A program made the translations under genes and the position numbers. A DNA stretch of 63,085 nucleotides, filler included, from an uncultured bacterium (GTDB lineage Bacteria > DYJV01), in NCBI GenBank assembly GCA_964543655.1. It is 5 parts of 5 records of this genome, joined end to end, with 100 filler letters (N's around TTAATTAATTAA, not from the genome) between each part and the next. Parts side by side here need not be neighbours in the genome. Positions count along the whole stretch, not along the records: positions 1 to 22,481 come from CAZIZE010000041.1; 4 more parts are not named here. One strand, 5' to 3'. Positions 8,415-17,414 of this stretch are shown one piece after another. The notes beneath the pieces were generated by a model, which was not told the origin of the DNA, did no database searches, and was given only the letters and a program-made list of their open reading frames with translations. Position 1 is the first letter of the stretch, and the number at the start of each line of letters is the position of its first letter.

Positions 8415-10004
8415 ATGAATTATGGATATTATGCAAAAATAAATGCCGGGAAATTTCCCAACAAAGAATGCCTCATTGAAAGATCTTATGAAAATGGCAC
8501 AAGGCGTTCTTTAACATGGAAAGAATTTAATGATGAGATTAATAGATTTGCTAATTATTTAAAAAATGAAGTTGGTATTAAAAAGGGCGACTATGTAATG
8601 CATTTTCAAATGGACAGGCTTGAGTGGCTTATTACATATTTTGCAATTTGTAAACTTGGTGCTATTGTTGTGCCACTTAACTTTAGATTTGTCGAGCCAG
8701 ATGTTAAGTATGCTGCTGATGTTTGTAAGCCTGTTGCAATGATTTATAGTTTTGAGTTTACAGATATTGTTGCAAATATTCGACCAGAGCTTGACTCTGT
8801 TAAAACATATATCTACGTTGGTGATAATTGTCCTGATTTTGCAACTGATTATTATAATGTTGTAAAAAAATATGATGATATTTCAGAAGCTCTTGTTGAT
8901 GTTCCTGATGACCATAATATTGCAATGATGTTTACATCAGGAACCACTGGCAAGCCAAAGCCTGTTATTCATACACATGGTTCATTAAATGCAACAGCAA
9001 TAGGTAATGGAATGAGTTACTTTGTTGAAAGAGAGGATAATTACCTATTCTTTTTACCTCTCTATCATTCAGGTACATTTTTTCTCTGGGCTCCATTCTA
9101 TGCCACAGGTGCAAAAGGTACAATTTTAAGAGAATTTAGAAATCCAGAATATATTATTAAAGCAATTGCTGATGAAAAAGCAACAGATGTTTTATTTGTT
9201 GTACCTGTTGCAATTGCTATTATTAATGCTATTGAAAGTGGTAAATTAAAGCTTGAAGATTATGATCTGTCTTCATGGAAATATATGGAGATAGGTGCTC
9301 AGCCAGTACCATTTAAAGTTATGAAAAAACTTGTTGAATACTTGCCTTGTGGTGTTTCAAATATTTACGGAATTACAGAAGGTGGTGGTGGAGGAACATT
9401 TAACCTCTATCCACATGAAGTTCTTGAAAGACCTGGCTCTATTGGTAAGCCTACTTTTGGAGTTGAAGCAAGGCTTGTTGATCTTGAGGGCAATACAATT
9501 ACAACACCAAGAACAGTTGGTGAAATTACATTTAAAACTCCAAGGCTCATGAAGGAGTATTATAATAATCCTGAAATGACAGCTAACACAATTAAGGATG
9601 GTTGGCTTTATACTGGTGATATGATGGAGTTTGATGAAGATGGATATTTTTACATTGTTGATAGAAAGAAAGATATGATTACATCAGGTGGTGAAAATAT
9701 TTATCCTGTTGAAATAGAAGAGGTATTACATCAACATCCAAAGGTTGATGATGCTGCTGTTATTGGATATCCAGATGAAAGGCTTGTGGAAATTGTTATG
9801 GCAATTGTTCAGCTTAAAGATGGTGAAACAATGACTGAAGAAGAAGTTATTGAATATTGCAAAACAAAGCTTGCTCTTTATAAAGTGCCAAGAAAAGTAG
9901 TTTTTGACAATGTGCCAAGAAACCCTACTGGTAAAATTATGAAGCCTGTACTTAGAGAGAAATACACTGGTAGAAAAGAAGCTTTTATTGATATAAGAAA
10001 ATAG
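8415..10004 (+). CDS. AMP-dependent acyl-CoA synthetase
   Basis: FTSGTTGKPK, YGITE, TGD, DRKKD..GGENIYP, PRNPTGK motifs. Confidence 0.93.
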   Translation: MNYGYYAKINAGKFPNKECLIERSYENGTRRSLTWKEFNDEINRFANYLKNEVGIKKGDYVMHFQMDRLEWLITYFAICKLGAIVVPLNFRFVEPDVKYAADVCKPVAMIYSFEFTDIVANIRPELDSVKTYIYVGDNCPDFATDYYNVVKKYDDISEALVDVPDDHNIAMMFTSGTTGKPKPVIHTHGSLNATAIGNGMSYFVEREDNYLFFLPLYHSGTFFLWAPFYATGAKGTILREFRNPEYIIKAIADEKATDVLFVVPVAIAIINAIESGKLKLEDYDLSSWKYMEIGAQPVPFKVMKKLVEYLPCGVSNIYGITEGGGGGTFNLYPHEVLERPGSIGKPTFGVEARLVDLEGNTITTPRTVGEITFKTPRLMKEYYNNPEMTANTIKDGWLYTGDMMEFDEDGYFYIVDRKKDMITSGGENIYPVEIEEVLHQHPKVDDAAVIGYPDERLVEIVMAIVQLKDGETMTEEEVIEYCKTKLALYKVPRKVVFDNVPRNPTGKIMKPVLREKYTGRKEAFIDIRK

Positions 10005-10100
10005 TTCTACCTTAATTGCTCAATTTAAAAATTAAAAGTATTTTTGAGCTTTATAGGTGAAAAGCGTGGAAAACAGAGAGAAAAATATAAAGGAGGAATT

Positions 10101-11849
10101 ATGAAAGAGTTACTTTCAGGAAATGAAGCTATGGCAAGAGGTGTTTATGAAGCAGGAGTGAAATTTGCCTCAGCATATCCAGGAACACCAAGCACAGAAA
10201 TTTTAGAAAATGTTGCTCATAGATATAAAGAGATATATTCAGAATGGTCACCAAATGAAAAAGTTGCACTTGAAGTGGCTATTGGTGCTTCATTGGCAGG
10301 TGCAAGGGCAGTTGCTACTATGAAGCATGTTGGGGTTAATGTTGCAGCGGATCCACTTTTTACTTTATCATATACTGGAGTAAATGGTGGACTTGTTATT
10401 ATAACTTGCGATGACCCAGAGCTTCACAGTTCTCAGAATGAACAGGATAACAGACATTATGCTAAAGCTGCAAAAATGCCTGTTATTGAGCCATCAGACA
10501 GTCAGGAAGCTAAAGATTTTATTAAAGAAGCTTTTAATATTAGCGAAAAATTTGATACACCTGTGCTTTTTAGAAGCACAACAAGAATTTCTCATTCTAA
10601 AGGAATTGTTGAGTTTGGAGATAGAATTGAATTTGAAATTCCAAAAGAGCTTTCAAAAGAGTCTAAAAAGTACACTATGCTACCAGTTAATGCAAGGAGA
10701 AGACACCCAATAGTTGAAGAAAGGTTAAAGAAATTAGCTGAATATGGGTACTCATCACCTTTAAATAAGGTTGAGTATAATGATAAATCTATTGGTATTA
10801 TAACATCTGGAATATCTTACCAGTATGCAAAAGAGGTTTTTCCTGAGGCATCATTTCTAAAATTAGGATTAACCTATCCTTTACCTGAAAAGTTAGTTAA
10901 AGAATTTGCAAGCAACGTTGAAAAAATCTATGTAATAGAAGAGCTTGACCCATTTCTTGAAGAAGGTGTTAAATTATTGGGTATTAAAGTTGATAAAGGT
11001 AAAGATGTTATTCCTATTTGTGGTGAATTAAATCAAGCAATTTTAAGAAAAGCATTTGGTGTTAAAGGTGATGAGCAGGTATTTGAAGCATCAGAAGGCT
11101 TGCCTCTAAGACCACCAACACTCTGTCCAGGATGTGCACACAGAGGATTGTTTACTGTTTTAGGTAAAATAAAATGCTTTGTTTCAGGTGATATAGGTTG
11201 TTATACTCTTGGTGCTTTACCACCGCTCAATGCTTTGCATACTACTGTTTGTATGGGTGCAAGTATTGGAATGGCACATGGTATTAGCAAAGTGTTTACT
11301 CCTGATTCAATTAAAAATAAAACAGTTGCAGTAATTGGTGATTCTACTTTTTTTCATTCAGGTATTACTGGCTTGCTTGATATGATTTATAACAAAGGTA
11401 ATGCTGTTGTTATAATAATGGACAACAGAACTACAGCTATGACAGGAGGCCAGGAAAACCCTGGTAGTGGTAAAACTTTAATGGGAGAGCCTGCTATAGA
11501 GACAGATGTTCTTGAGCTTGTAAAAGCACTTGGGGTAAAAAACGCTTATGAGTTTAACTCTTACAACCTTGAAGAAACTGAAAAAATAATTAGGGAAGCC
11601 CTTGAAAAAGATGAGCTTACAGTTCTTGTTTGTAAACAGCCATGTGTTTTACAATATAAAGTTTTCAAACCAAGTTTGAAAGTGGATGAGGAGAAATGTA
11701 AAGGTTGTAAAGCATGTATAAGAGTGGGATGTATTGCTCTTGGACTTAAAGAAGTAGATGGTGAAACTAAAGCAGAAATTGATCCAAATATGTGTGTTGG
11801 TTGCGGTGTTTGTGCTCAAGTTTGTAAATTTGATGCTATTGTTAAATAG
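10101..11849 (+). CDS. iorA: Indolepyruvate:ferredoxin oxidoreductase alpha subunit
   Basis: LSGNEA, YPGTPSTE, LCPGC, DIGCY, GDSTF TPP motif, two C-terminal 4Fe-4S motifs; ATG 10101 after AGGAGG. Confidence 0.93.
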   Translation: MKELLSGNEAMARGVYEAGVKFASAYPGTPSTEILENVAHRYKEIYSEWSPNEKVALEVAIGASLAGARAVATMKHVGVNVAADPLFTLSYTGVNGGLVIITCDDPELHSSQNEQDNRHYAKAAKMPVIEPSDSQEAKDFIKEAFNISEKFDTPVLFRSTTRISHSKGIVEFGDRIEFEIPKELSKESKKYTMLPVNARRRHPIVEERLKKLAEYGYSSPLNKVEYNDKSIGIITSGISYQYAKEVFPEASFLKLGLTYPLPEKLVKEFASNVEKIYVIEELDPFLEEGVKLLGIKVDKGKDVIPICGELNQAILRKAFGVKGDEQVFEASEGLPLRPPTLCPGCAHRGLFTVLGKIKCFVSGDIGCYTLGALPPLNALHTTVCMGASIGMAHGISKVFTPDSIKNKTVAVIGDSTFFHSGITGLLDMIYNKGNAVVIIMDNRTTAMTGGQENPGSGKTLMGEPAIETDVLELVKALGVKNAYEFNSYNLEETEKIIREALEKDELTVLVCKQPCVLQYKVFKPSLKVDEEKCKGCKACIRVGCIALGLKEVDGETKAEIDPNMCVGCGVCAQVCKFDAIVK

Positions 11850-11888
11850 CCTTAAATAAGATTTTCGAACAAAAGAAAAGGAGGAATT

Positions 11889-12470
11889 ATGAAAACATTT
11901 AATATAGTGCTTTCCGGTGTTGGAGGTCAGGGTGTTATACTTGCAAGTAAAATTTTAAGTGCTGCTGCAATAGAAAGTGGTCTTGATGTTAAGCAGAGTG
12001 AGGTTCATGGAATGAGTCAAAGAGGAGGTAGTGTTACAAGTCATGTGAGAATTGGCTCAAAAGTATATTCACCACTTGTAGTTGAAGGGGAAGCAGATAT
12101 AGTTTTAGGTTTTGAACTTCTTGAAGCTGAAAGGAATAAGCACTGGGTTAAAAAAGATGGAATCATTGTATATAACACTCTTAAAGTTAATCCAATTACA
12201 GTTTCAGCAGGTATGGCTGAGTATCCTGAGAATGTGGAAGAAAATTTAAATAAATTAGATTGTAAAGTTTATGCAGTTGATGCTTTTAACCTTGCAAAAG
12301 AAGCAGGTAACCCCAAAGCTGCAAATGTTGCTCTTGTTGGGGCTGCATCAAATTTTATTCCTATTGATTCAGCAATATGGGAAAAGACTTTAAAAGAGGT
12401 TATTCCTGCTAAAGTTCTTGATGTAAATTTAAAAGCATTTAACGCTGGTAAGAATTGTATACAAAACTAA
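11889..12470 (+). CDS. iorB: Indolepyruvate:ferredoxin oxidoreductase beta subunit
   Basis: GVGGQG, SEVHGMSQRGGSV motifs; follows iorA. Confidence 0.93.
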   Translation: MKTFNIVLSGVGGQGVILASKILSAAAIESGLDVKQSEVHGMSQRGGSVTSHVRIGSKVYSPLVVEGEADIVLGFELLEAERNKHWVKKDGIIVYNTLKVNPITVSAGMAEYPENVEENLNKLDCKVYAVDAFNLAKEAGNPKAANVALVGAASNFIPIDSAIWEKTLKEVIPAKVLDVNLKAFNAGKNCIQN

Positions 12471-12578
12471 AACTTTGTTTTAAATTAATTCAAAAATTAT
12501 TGACTTAAATTTTAAAAACTGTTAAATGGTAAAAAAGCACTTCTAATGGTGTTTTAAATTAAATTAAGGAGGGATAGG

Positions 12579-13640
12579 ATGAAAATGTGTAAAAAAATTT
12601 TTAGGTTATTGTTGTTTTCTTTGTTAATTGTTTCTTTTTTGCTAACATCATTGGTTTTTGCCAGAAAGAAAAATCCTTTGGCAGCATGGCAGCCTAAGTT
12701 TGATGCAAGAAAAGCCAAGTATTATTTCAGAGTTTCTAATGTTTCTCACCCAGTAATTCAAGGTATTAGAGCAGGCTACAGAATTAGAGATGAATTATGG
12801 GCTAAGAGTAATGGTCAACTTGGTATGAAATATTATCCACTTTCACAGCTTGGTGGGGAAGTAGAAGTTTTTAATATGTTGCAGACAAATACTGTTCAAG
12901 GTATGGCTATTTCATCTGTTGCAGCAGCTAATTTTGGACCAAGAATGGGTATAGTTAATTTACCTTTTGTTATTAATACATTTAAAAAATTAGATGCTTT
13001 TGCAGCTAATAAAGAGTTGTTTCAACCATTTTTAGATGCAATGAAAGATAAAGGTATTATGGGTGTTGATATTACAGGTTATGGTAGCTATGGTTGGGCT
13101 TCTAAAACACCTATCCATACAATTGCTGATGCTAAAAAGGTAAGATTTAGAATTGCTGAAGCACCTGTTCAAAAAGATATTTATGCTGCTTGGGGATTGC
13201 ATCCAGTAGTTATGCCTTGGCCAGATGTGCCTGTTGCATTAAAACAGGGTGTTATTGATGGTTTAGACCATACACCAATGGTTTGCTGGATAACTAAAAA
13301 ATTTGAAATCTGTAAATATTACACTTATGTAAATTATGCTCATGGTTTATTTATCTGGATATTCAATCAAAAATGGTTTAATCATTTACCTGCTAATTTA
13401 CAGAAAATATTCTTAAATGTTGTTCATACAGAATGTGCCCATACAAGGAAGCTTACAAAACAGCAGGAAGAGGATTCAATTGCAGCTGCTAAAAAAGCAG
13501 GAATTACTTTTATTACTATGGCTCCAAGTGAATATGCTAAGCTTAAAAAATTATCTCAAAAAGTTTACAAAAGATGGGCTCCAATTATAGGTCAAAGCTA
13601 CTTTAACAAGGTTAAAGCTTTTATGGATAAACTTGATTAA
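12579..13640 (+). CDS. dctP: TRAP transporter substrate-binding protein
   Basis: Signal peptide, QLGGE, LPF, MPWPDV..ALKQGVIDG; followed by small and large permeases. Confidence 0.88.
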   Translation: MKMCKKIFRLLLFSLLIVSFLLTSLVFARKKNPLAAWQPKFDARKAKYYFRVSNVSHPVIQGIRAGYRIRDELWAKSNGQLGMKYYPLSQLGGEVEVFNMLQTNTVQGMAISSVAAANFGPRMGIVNLPFVINTFKKLDAFAANKELFQPFLDAMKDKGIMGVDITGYGSYGWASKTPIHTIADAKKVRFRIAEAPVQKDIYAAWGLHPVVMPWPDVPVALKQGVIDGLDHTPMVCWITKKFEICKYYTYVNYAHGLFIWIFNQKWFNHLPANLQKIFLNVVHTECAHTRKLTKQQEEDSIAAAKKAGITFITMAPSEYAKLKKLSQKVYKRWAPIIGQSYFNKVKAFMDKLD

Positions 13641-13648
13641 TAGGTCAT

Positions 13649-13676
13649 AAGTGGGCATTATGCCCACTTTCTTTTT
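13649..13676 (+). terminator. Intercistronic hairpin with U-rich tail after dctP
   Basis: AAGTGGGCA-TTA-TGCCCACTT followed by TCTTTTT. Confidence 0.7.
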
Positions 13677-13705
13677 ATATCCCCTAAAAAAAAGAAGAGG
13701 TTAAG

Positions 13706-14203
13706 GTGATGTTAAAATTTCTTAAAATAGTAGATAAGATTTTGTCTTTTTTTGAAGAATGGACATTGTTTATAACTACAATGCTCGGATTAATTGTTCT
13801 ATTTATAGCAGTTATTCTGAGATATACCATTAGTTATACAATTCCATGGTCTCAGGAGATTGTTAGAGAGGTTATTATTTACACAACATTCATTGGTTGT
13901 TCTGTTGCTGTTAAGAATAGGTCAATGTTAAAGATAGATGCATTGATACAGGTTGTTCCTGCATTAAAAAAACCTTGTGAATATATAGCTAATTTGGCAA
14001 CCATTCTGTTTTCTTTTATTATTATTAAGTATGGTTGGCAAATGGTTGTTCAGCAATATCAAACTCATCAATATACAATAATTTTACAAATTCCTATATA
14101 TCTTCTTTATCTAATTTTGCCAACTATGGGAATTTTAATGCTTATCAGAACAATTCAAGTTTTGTATGAAGATATTACCAAGAAAAAGGTTTTTGAAAAA
14201 TAA
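13706..14203 (+). CDS. dctQ: TRAP transporter small permease
   Basis: About four TM segments, LRY..PWSQE motif. Confidence 0.88.
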   Translation: MMLKFLKIVDKILSFFEEWTLFITTMLGLIVLFIAVILRYTISYTIPWSQEIVREVIIYTTFIGCSVAVKNRSMLKIDALIQVVPALKKPCEYIANLATILFSFIIIKYGWQMVVQQYQTHQYTIILQIPIYLLYLILPTMGILMLIRTIQVLYEDITKKKVFEK

Positions 14204-14224
14204 AGGGTTAGGGAGAAAATAATT

Positions 14225-15526
14225 ATGGAAGGTTCAACAACAACATATATTATTATTGGATTGGTTCTGCTTGGACTTATGTTCACAACCATTCCTGTTT
14301 TTATGTCATTATTTTTTACTGCTGTTGTAGGATTTGTTTTTTTTACAGATTATCCTGTAATGATGCTTGCACAGGCATTGTTTCGTTCCATGGATAAATT
14401 TGCTCTTGTAGTTGTTTTGTTTTTTATTTTATGTGGTAATATTATGACTTCAGGCTCAATAGTCGATAAATTAATTAAAGTTGCTAATGCCCTTGTTGGA
14501 TGGTTGCCTGGTGGCCTTGGGATGGCTGGAGTTCTTGCTTGTGGGCTTTTTGGAGCTATTTCTGGTTCGACTGTTGCTACAGTTGTTGCTATTGGTGGTT
14601 TTATGATTCCTGCATTACTTGAAAATGGATATGATGAAAAGTATACTGTTGGTGTTATGACAACATCACCTATACTTGGTATTGTTATTCCACCAAGTAT
14701 TTCAATGATTCTTTATTCAATGATTACCAATGATTCACTTGAAGCTCTTTTTATGACAGGTTTTGTACCAGGTATACTTATTATGATTACTTTCTGTGTT
14801 TATTCATATTATGTTGCTAAAAAGAAAAATTTTAAATTAATTCCAAGACCTCAATTTAAAGAGGTTATTGCAGCTATAAAAGAAGGGTTCTGGTCACTTA
14901 TGCTTCCTGTTTTAATTTTTGGTGGAATTTTTTCAGGTATGTTTACTGCTAATGAAGCTGCTGTTATTGCATCTGTTTATGCTTTTATTGTAGAAATATT
15001 TATTCATAAAAGTATGAAATTTAAACAGATGTTTGAAGTAACAGTGTCTTCAGCTGTTACATCTGCTACACTTTTAATAATTGTTGCAGGAGCTACCTGT
15101 TTTGGTAAATATTTAACATTGCAACAGATTCCTGCTATTGTTACAGAAGCTGTTGTTGCCCATATTCATTCTAAATGGGTATTTTTACTTGTAGTAAATA
15201 TTTTACTTTTGATTGTTGGTACATTTATGGATATTATTTCAGCTACTCTTATTTTAACACCAATTTTTCTACCTATGCTTGATCAGTTTAATATTAGCTC
15301 TCTTCATTTTGGATTATTAATGACTATAAATCTTGGTATAGGATATTGCACACCACCACTTGGTGTAAGTTTGTTTATTACTGGTGCTATGGTTAAGAGG
15401 GATATTATCTATGTTACAAAATCGGTTATGCCATTTATATTAATACAGCTTGCAATATTGGCACTATTAACTTATTGGCCACAATTAGTTCTATTTTTAC
15501 CAAAACTTTTTTATGGTGTTCAGTAA
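14225..15526 (+). CDS. dctM: TRAP transporter large permease
   Basis: Polytopic; GAISGS, IPPSI, FTANEAA, IGYCTPPLG motifs. Confidence 0.92.
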   Translation: MEGSTTTYIIIGLVLLGLMFTTIPVFMSLFFTAVVGFVFFTDYPVMMLAQALFRSMDKFALVVVLFFILCGNIMTSGSIVDKLIKVANALVGWLPGGLGMAGVLACGLFGAISGSTVATVVAIGGFMIPALLENGYDEKYTVGVMTTSPILGIVIPPSISMILYSMITNDSLEALFMTGFVPGILIMITFCVYSYYVAKKKNFKLIPRPQFKEVIAAIKEGFWSLMLPVLIFGGIFSGMFTANEAAVIASVYAFIVEIFIHKSMKFKQMFEVTVSSAVTSATLLIIVAGATCFGKYLTLQQIPAIVTEAVVAHIHSKWVFLLVVNILLLIVGTFMDIISATLILTPIFLPMLDQFNISSLHFGLLMTINLGIGYCTPPLGVSLFITGAMVKRDIIYVTKSVMPFILIQLAILALLTYWPQLVLFLPKLFYGVQ

Positions 15527-15545
15527 AAATTAGAAGGAGTATAAC

Positions 15546-15977
15546 ATGACTTTAAGAGTATTGGTTCCCGTTGACGAAAGATTAGGCTCAGTGAGAACTA
15601 TAAACTACCTTATAAAAAATAAAGAAATATTTTCACCTGTTGTAAGTTTATTAACTGTTTATGATGTATCTCTTGTTGAAGGGCATGGTTTAAGCAGCGA
15701 TTTTTTGGAGAAAATTAGAGAGAATGCCCAGAAATTAGCTGAGAAAACAGTTAATGGCTATAAAGAGAAACTTGAAAAAGAAGGGATTTATGTAGAAAAT
15801 GCATATGCTGTAGAAGGTAATCCTGGAGAGACTATTTGTAAAGAGTCAGAAAAGTTAAGTGTAAATATGATAGTTTTATCACCTAACAATGCAAGTGAAC
15901 TCGCAAATATTTTAATGGGGTCAGTAACACATTATATAATTCATCATTCAAATTTTCCAGTTCTTCTTGTTAAATAA
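15546..15977 (+). CDS. Universal stress protein
   Basis: VLVPVD, GNPGETI, LMGSVTHYII..PVLLVK. Confidence 0.9.
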   Translation: MTLRVLVPVDERLGSVRTINYLIKNKEIFSPVVSLLTVYDVSLVEGHGLSSDFLEKIRENAQKLAEKTVNGYKEKLEKEGIYVENAYAVEGNPGETICKESEKLSVNMIVLSPNNASELANILMGSVTHYIIHHSNFPVLLVK

Positions 15978-16000
15978 AAAGGCTTTTTGCCTTTTTATTT
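15972..16000 (+). terminator. Rho-independent terminator (potentially bidirectional)
   Basis: AAATAAAAAGGC-TTTTT-GCCTTTTTATTT. Confidence 0.75.
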
Positions 16001-16020
16001 AACACCAAATTTTCTTTTTC

Positions 16021-16049
16021 TTGAAATTTCAAAAAAATATTGGTATAAA
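16021..16049 (+). promoter_or_regulatory. sigma70-type promoter, probably leaderless transcript
   Basis: TTGAAA-N17-TATAAA with extended -10 TG; ATG at 16058, no SD. Confidence 0.6.
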
Positions 16050-16057
16050 ATTTGATT

Positions 16058-16582
16058 ATGAGTTATAAATTAAATTTGGGATGTGGTAATAAGCAAATAG
16101 AAGGTTTTATAGGTGTTGATAGATTTTTTTGTAAAGGTGTTGATATAATAGCAGATATTGAGAATCTTCCATTTAAGGAATCTATTATTGATGAAGTTTT
16201 GCTCGATAATGTAATTGAGCATATTTTAGATATTTCAAAAGCAATGCAAGAAATTTATAGAATTACAAAAAATAATAGCTTGGTAAAGATCAGGACACCT
16301 CATTTTACAAGTTTATCTTCTTGGAGAGATCCCACTCATGTACATCATTTTTCATATTTTTCAATAGATTATTTTATTAAAGAATCAACTTCTCACTATA
16401 TGGGAGTAAAATTTAAGCTTGTTCATAGAGAGCTTAATTTTGGTGGTATCTGGAGTTTAATTGGGAAAATGATTTTTTTGTTAAGCCCCAAAATTTTTGA
16501 AAAATATTTCTGCTTTATTTTTAGAGCAGGGACACTTACTTTTAAAATAAGAACAGTTAAGGAGGATAATAGTGGATTTTGA
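16058..16582 (+). CDS. Class I SAM-dependent methyltransferase-like protein
   Basis: LNLGCG, LPF, VIEH, DPTH motifs. Confidence 0.8.
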   Translation: MSYKLNLGCGNKQIEGFIGVDRFFCKGVDIIADIENLPFKESIIDEVLLDNVIEHILDISKAMQEIYRITKNNSLVKIRTPHFTSLSSWRDPTHVHHFSYFSIDYFIKESTSHYMGVKFKLVHRELNFGGIWSLIGKMIFLLSPKIFEKYFCFIFRAGTLTFKIRTVKEDNSGF

Positions 16583-17414
16583 ACAATTTAAAGGAACAGA
16601 TTCTTACATTGCATCAAGAGAGCTTCAAAATGCAGTAAATGTTGCAATAGCACTTGAAAAACCATTGTTAATAAAAGGAGAGCCAGGTACAGGTAAAACT
16701 CTTCTTGCTATTAATATTGCAAAAAGCTTAAACAAAAAATTTTTTGTATGGAATATTAAATCTACAACCAAAGCACAGGAAGGACTTTACGTGTATGATA
16801 CAGTTCGTAGATTAAATGATGCAAGATTCAAAGATAAAGATATTTCTAATATAAGACAATATATTAGGTTTGGCCCCTTAGGTAAATCTTTTATGGAGCA
16901 GGAGAAATGTGTTCTTTTAATTGATGAGATAGATAAAGCTGATATAGAATTTCCCAACGACCTTTTAAACGAGCTTGATAATATGGAATTTTATATTTAT
17001 GAAACAGATGAATTTATTAAAGCCAAGCATAGACCCATTGTTATTATTACCAGTAATTCAGAAAAAGAGCTTCCAGATGCCTTTTTAAGAAGGTGTATAT
17101 TTCATTATATTGAATTTCCAACACCTGAGCTTATGAGAGATATTGTTAAAGTTCATTTCCCGGATATAGAGAATAAACTTTTAAATCAGGCTCTTGAAGT
17201 TTTTTATAAACTTAGGGAAATAGATGAACTTAGAAAGAAACCATCTACAAGTGAATTAATTGATTGGATTAAAGTATTAAAAACCACAGGGGTAAAGATA
17301 AAAGGTGAATCATTTAAAGATATACCATTTCTTGGTACATTAATTAAAAAAGAGGAAGATATGGAAATGTTTAACCATGTGAGAAGTGGTAGAAAACGTT
17401 TTGGAGTAATTTAA
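16572..17414 (+). CDS. MoxR-family AAA+ ATPase
   Basis: GEPGTGKT, LLIDEIDKAD, ITSN, LPDAFLRRC; GTG start with AGGAGG. Confidence 0.92.
   Translation: MDFEQFKGTDSYIASRELQNAVNVAIALEKPLLIKGEPGTGKTLLAINIAKSLNKKFFVWNIKSTTKAQEGLYVYDTVRRLNDARFKDKDISNIRQYIRFGPLGKSFMEQEKCVLLIDEIDKADIEFPNDLLNELDNMEFYIYETDEFIKAKHRPIVIITSNSEKELPDAFLRRCIFHYIEFPTPELMRDIVKVHFPDIENKLLNQALEVFYKLREIDELRKKPSTSELIDWIKVLKTTGVKIKGESFKDIPFLGTLIKKEEDMEMFNHVRSGRKRFGVI

Noticed and set aside
10044-10100. N-terminal extension of iorA
   Set aside because: AGGAGG precedes ATG 10101, which matches the usual IorA start.
12833-12841. DnaA-box-like TTATCCACT
   Set aside because: Single imperfect box inside dctP; no box cluster or dnaA, so no oriC call.
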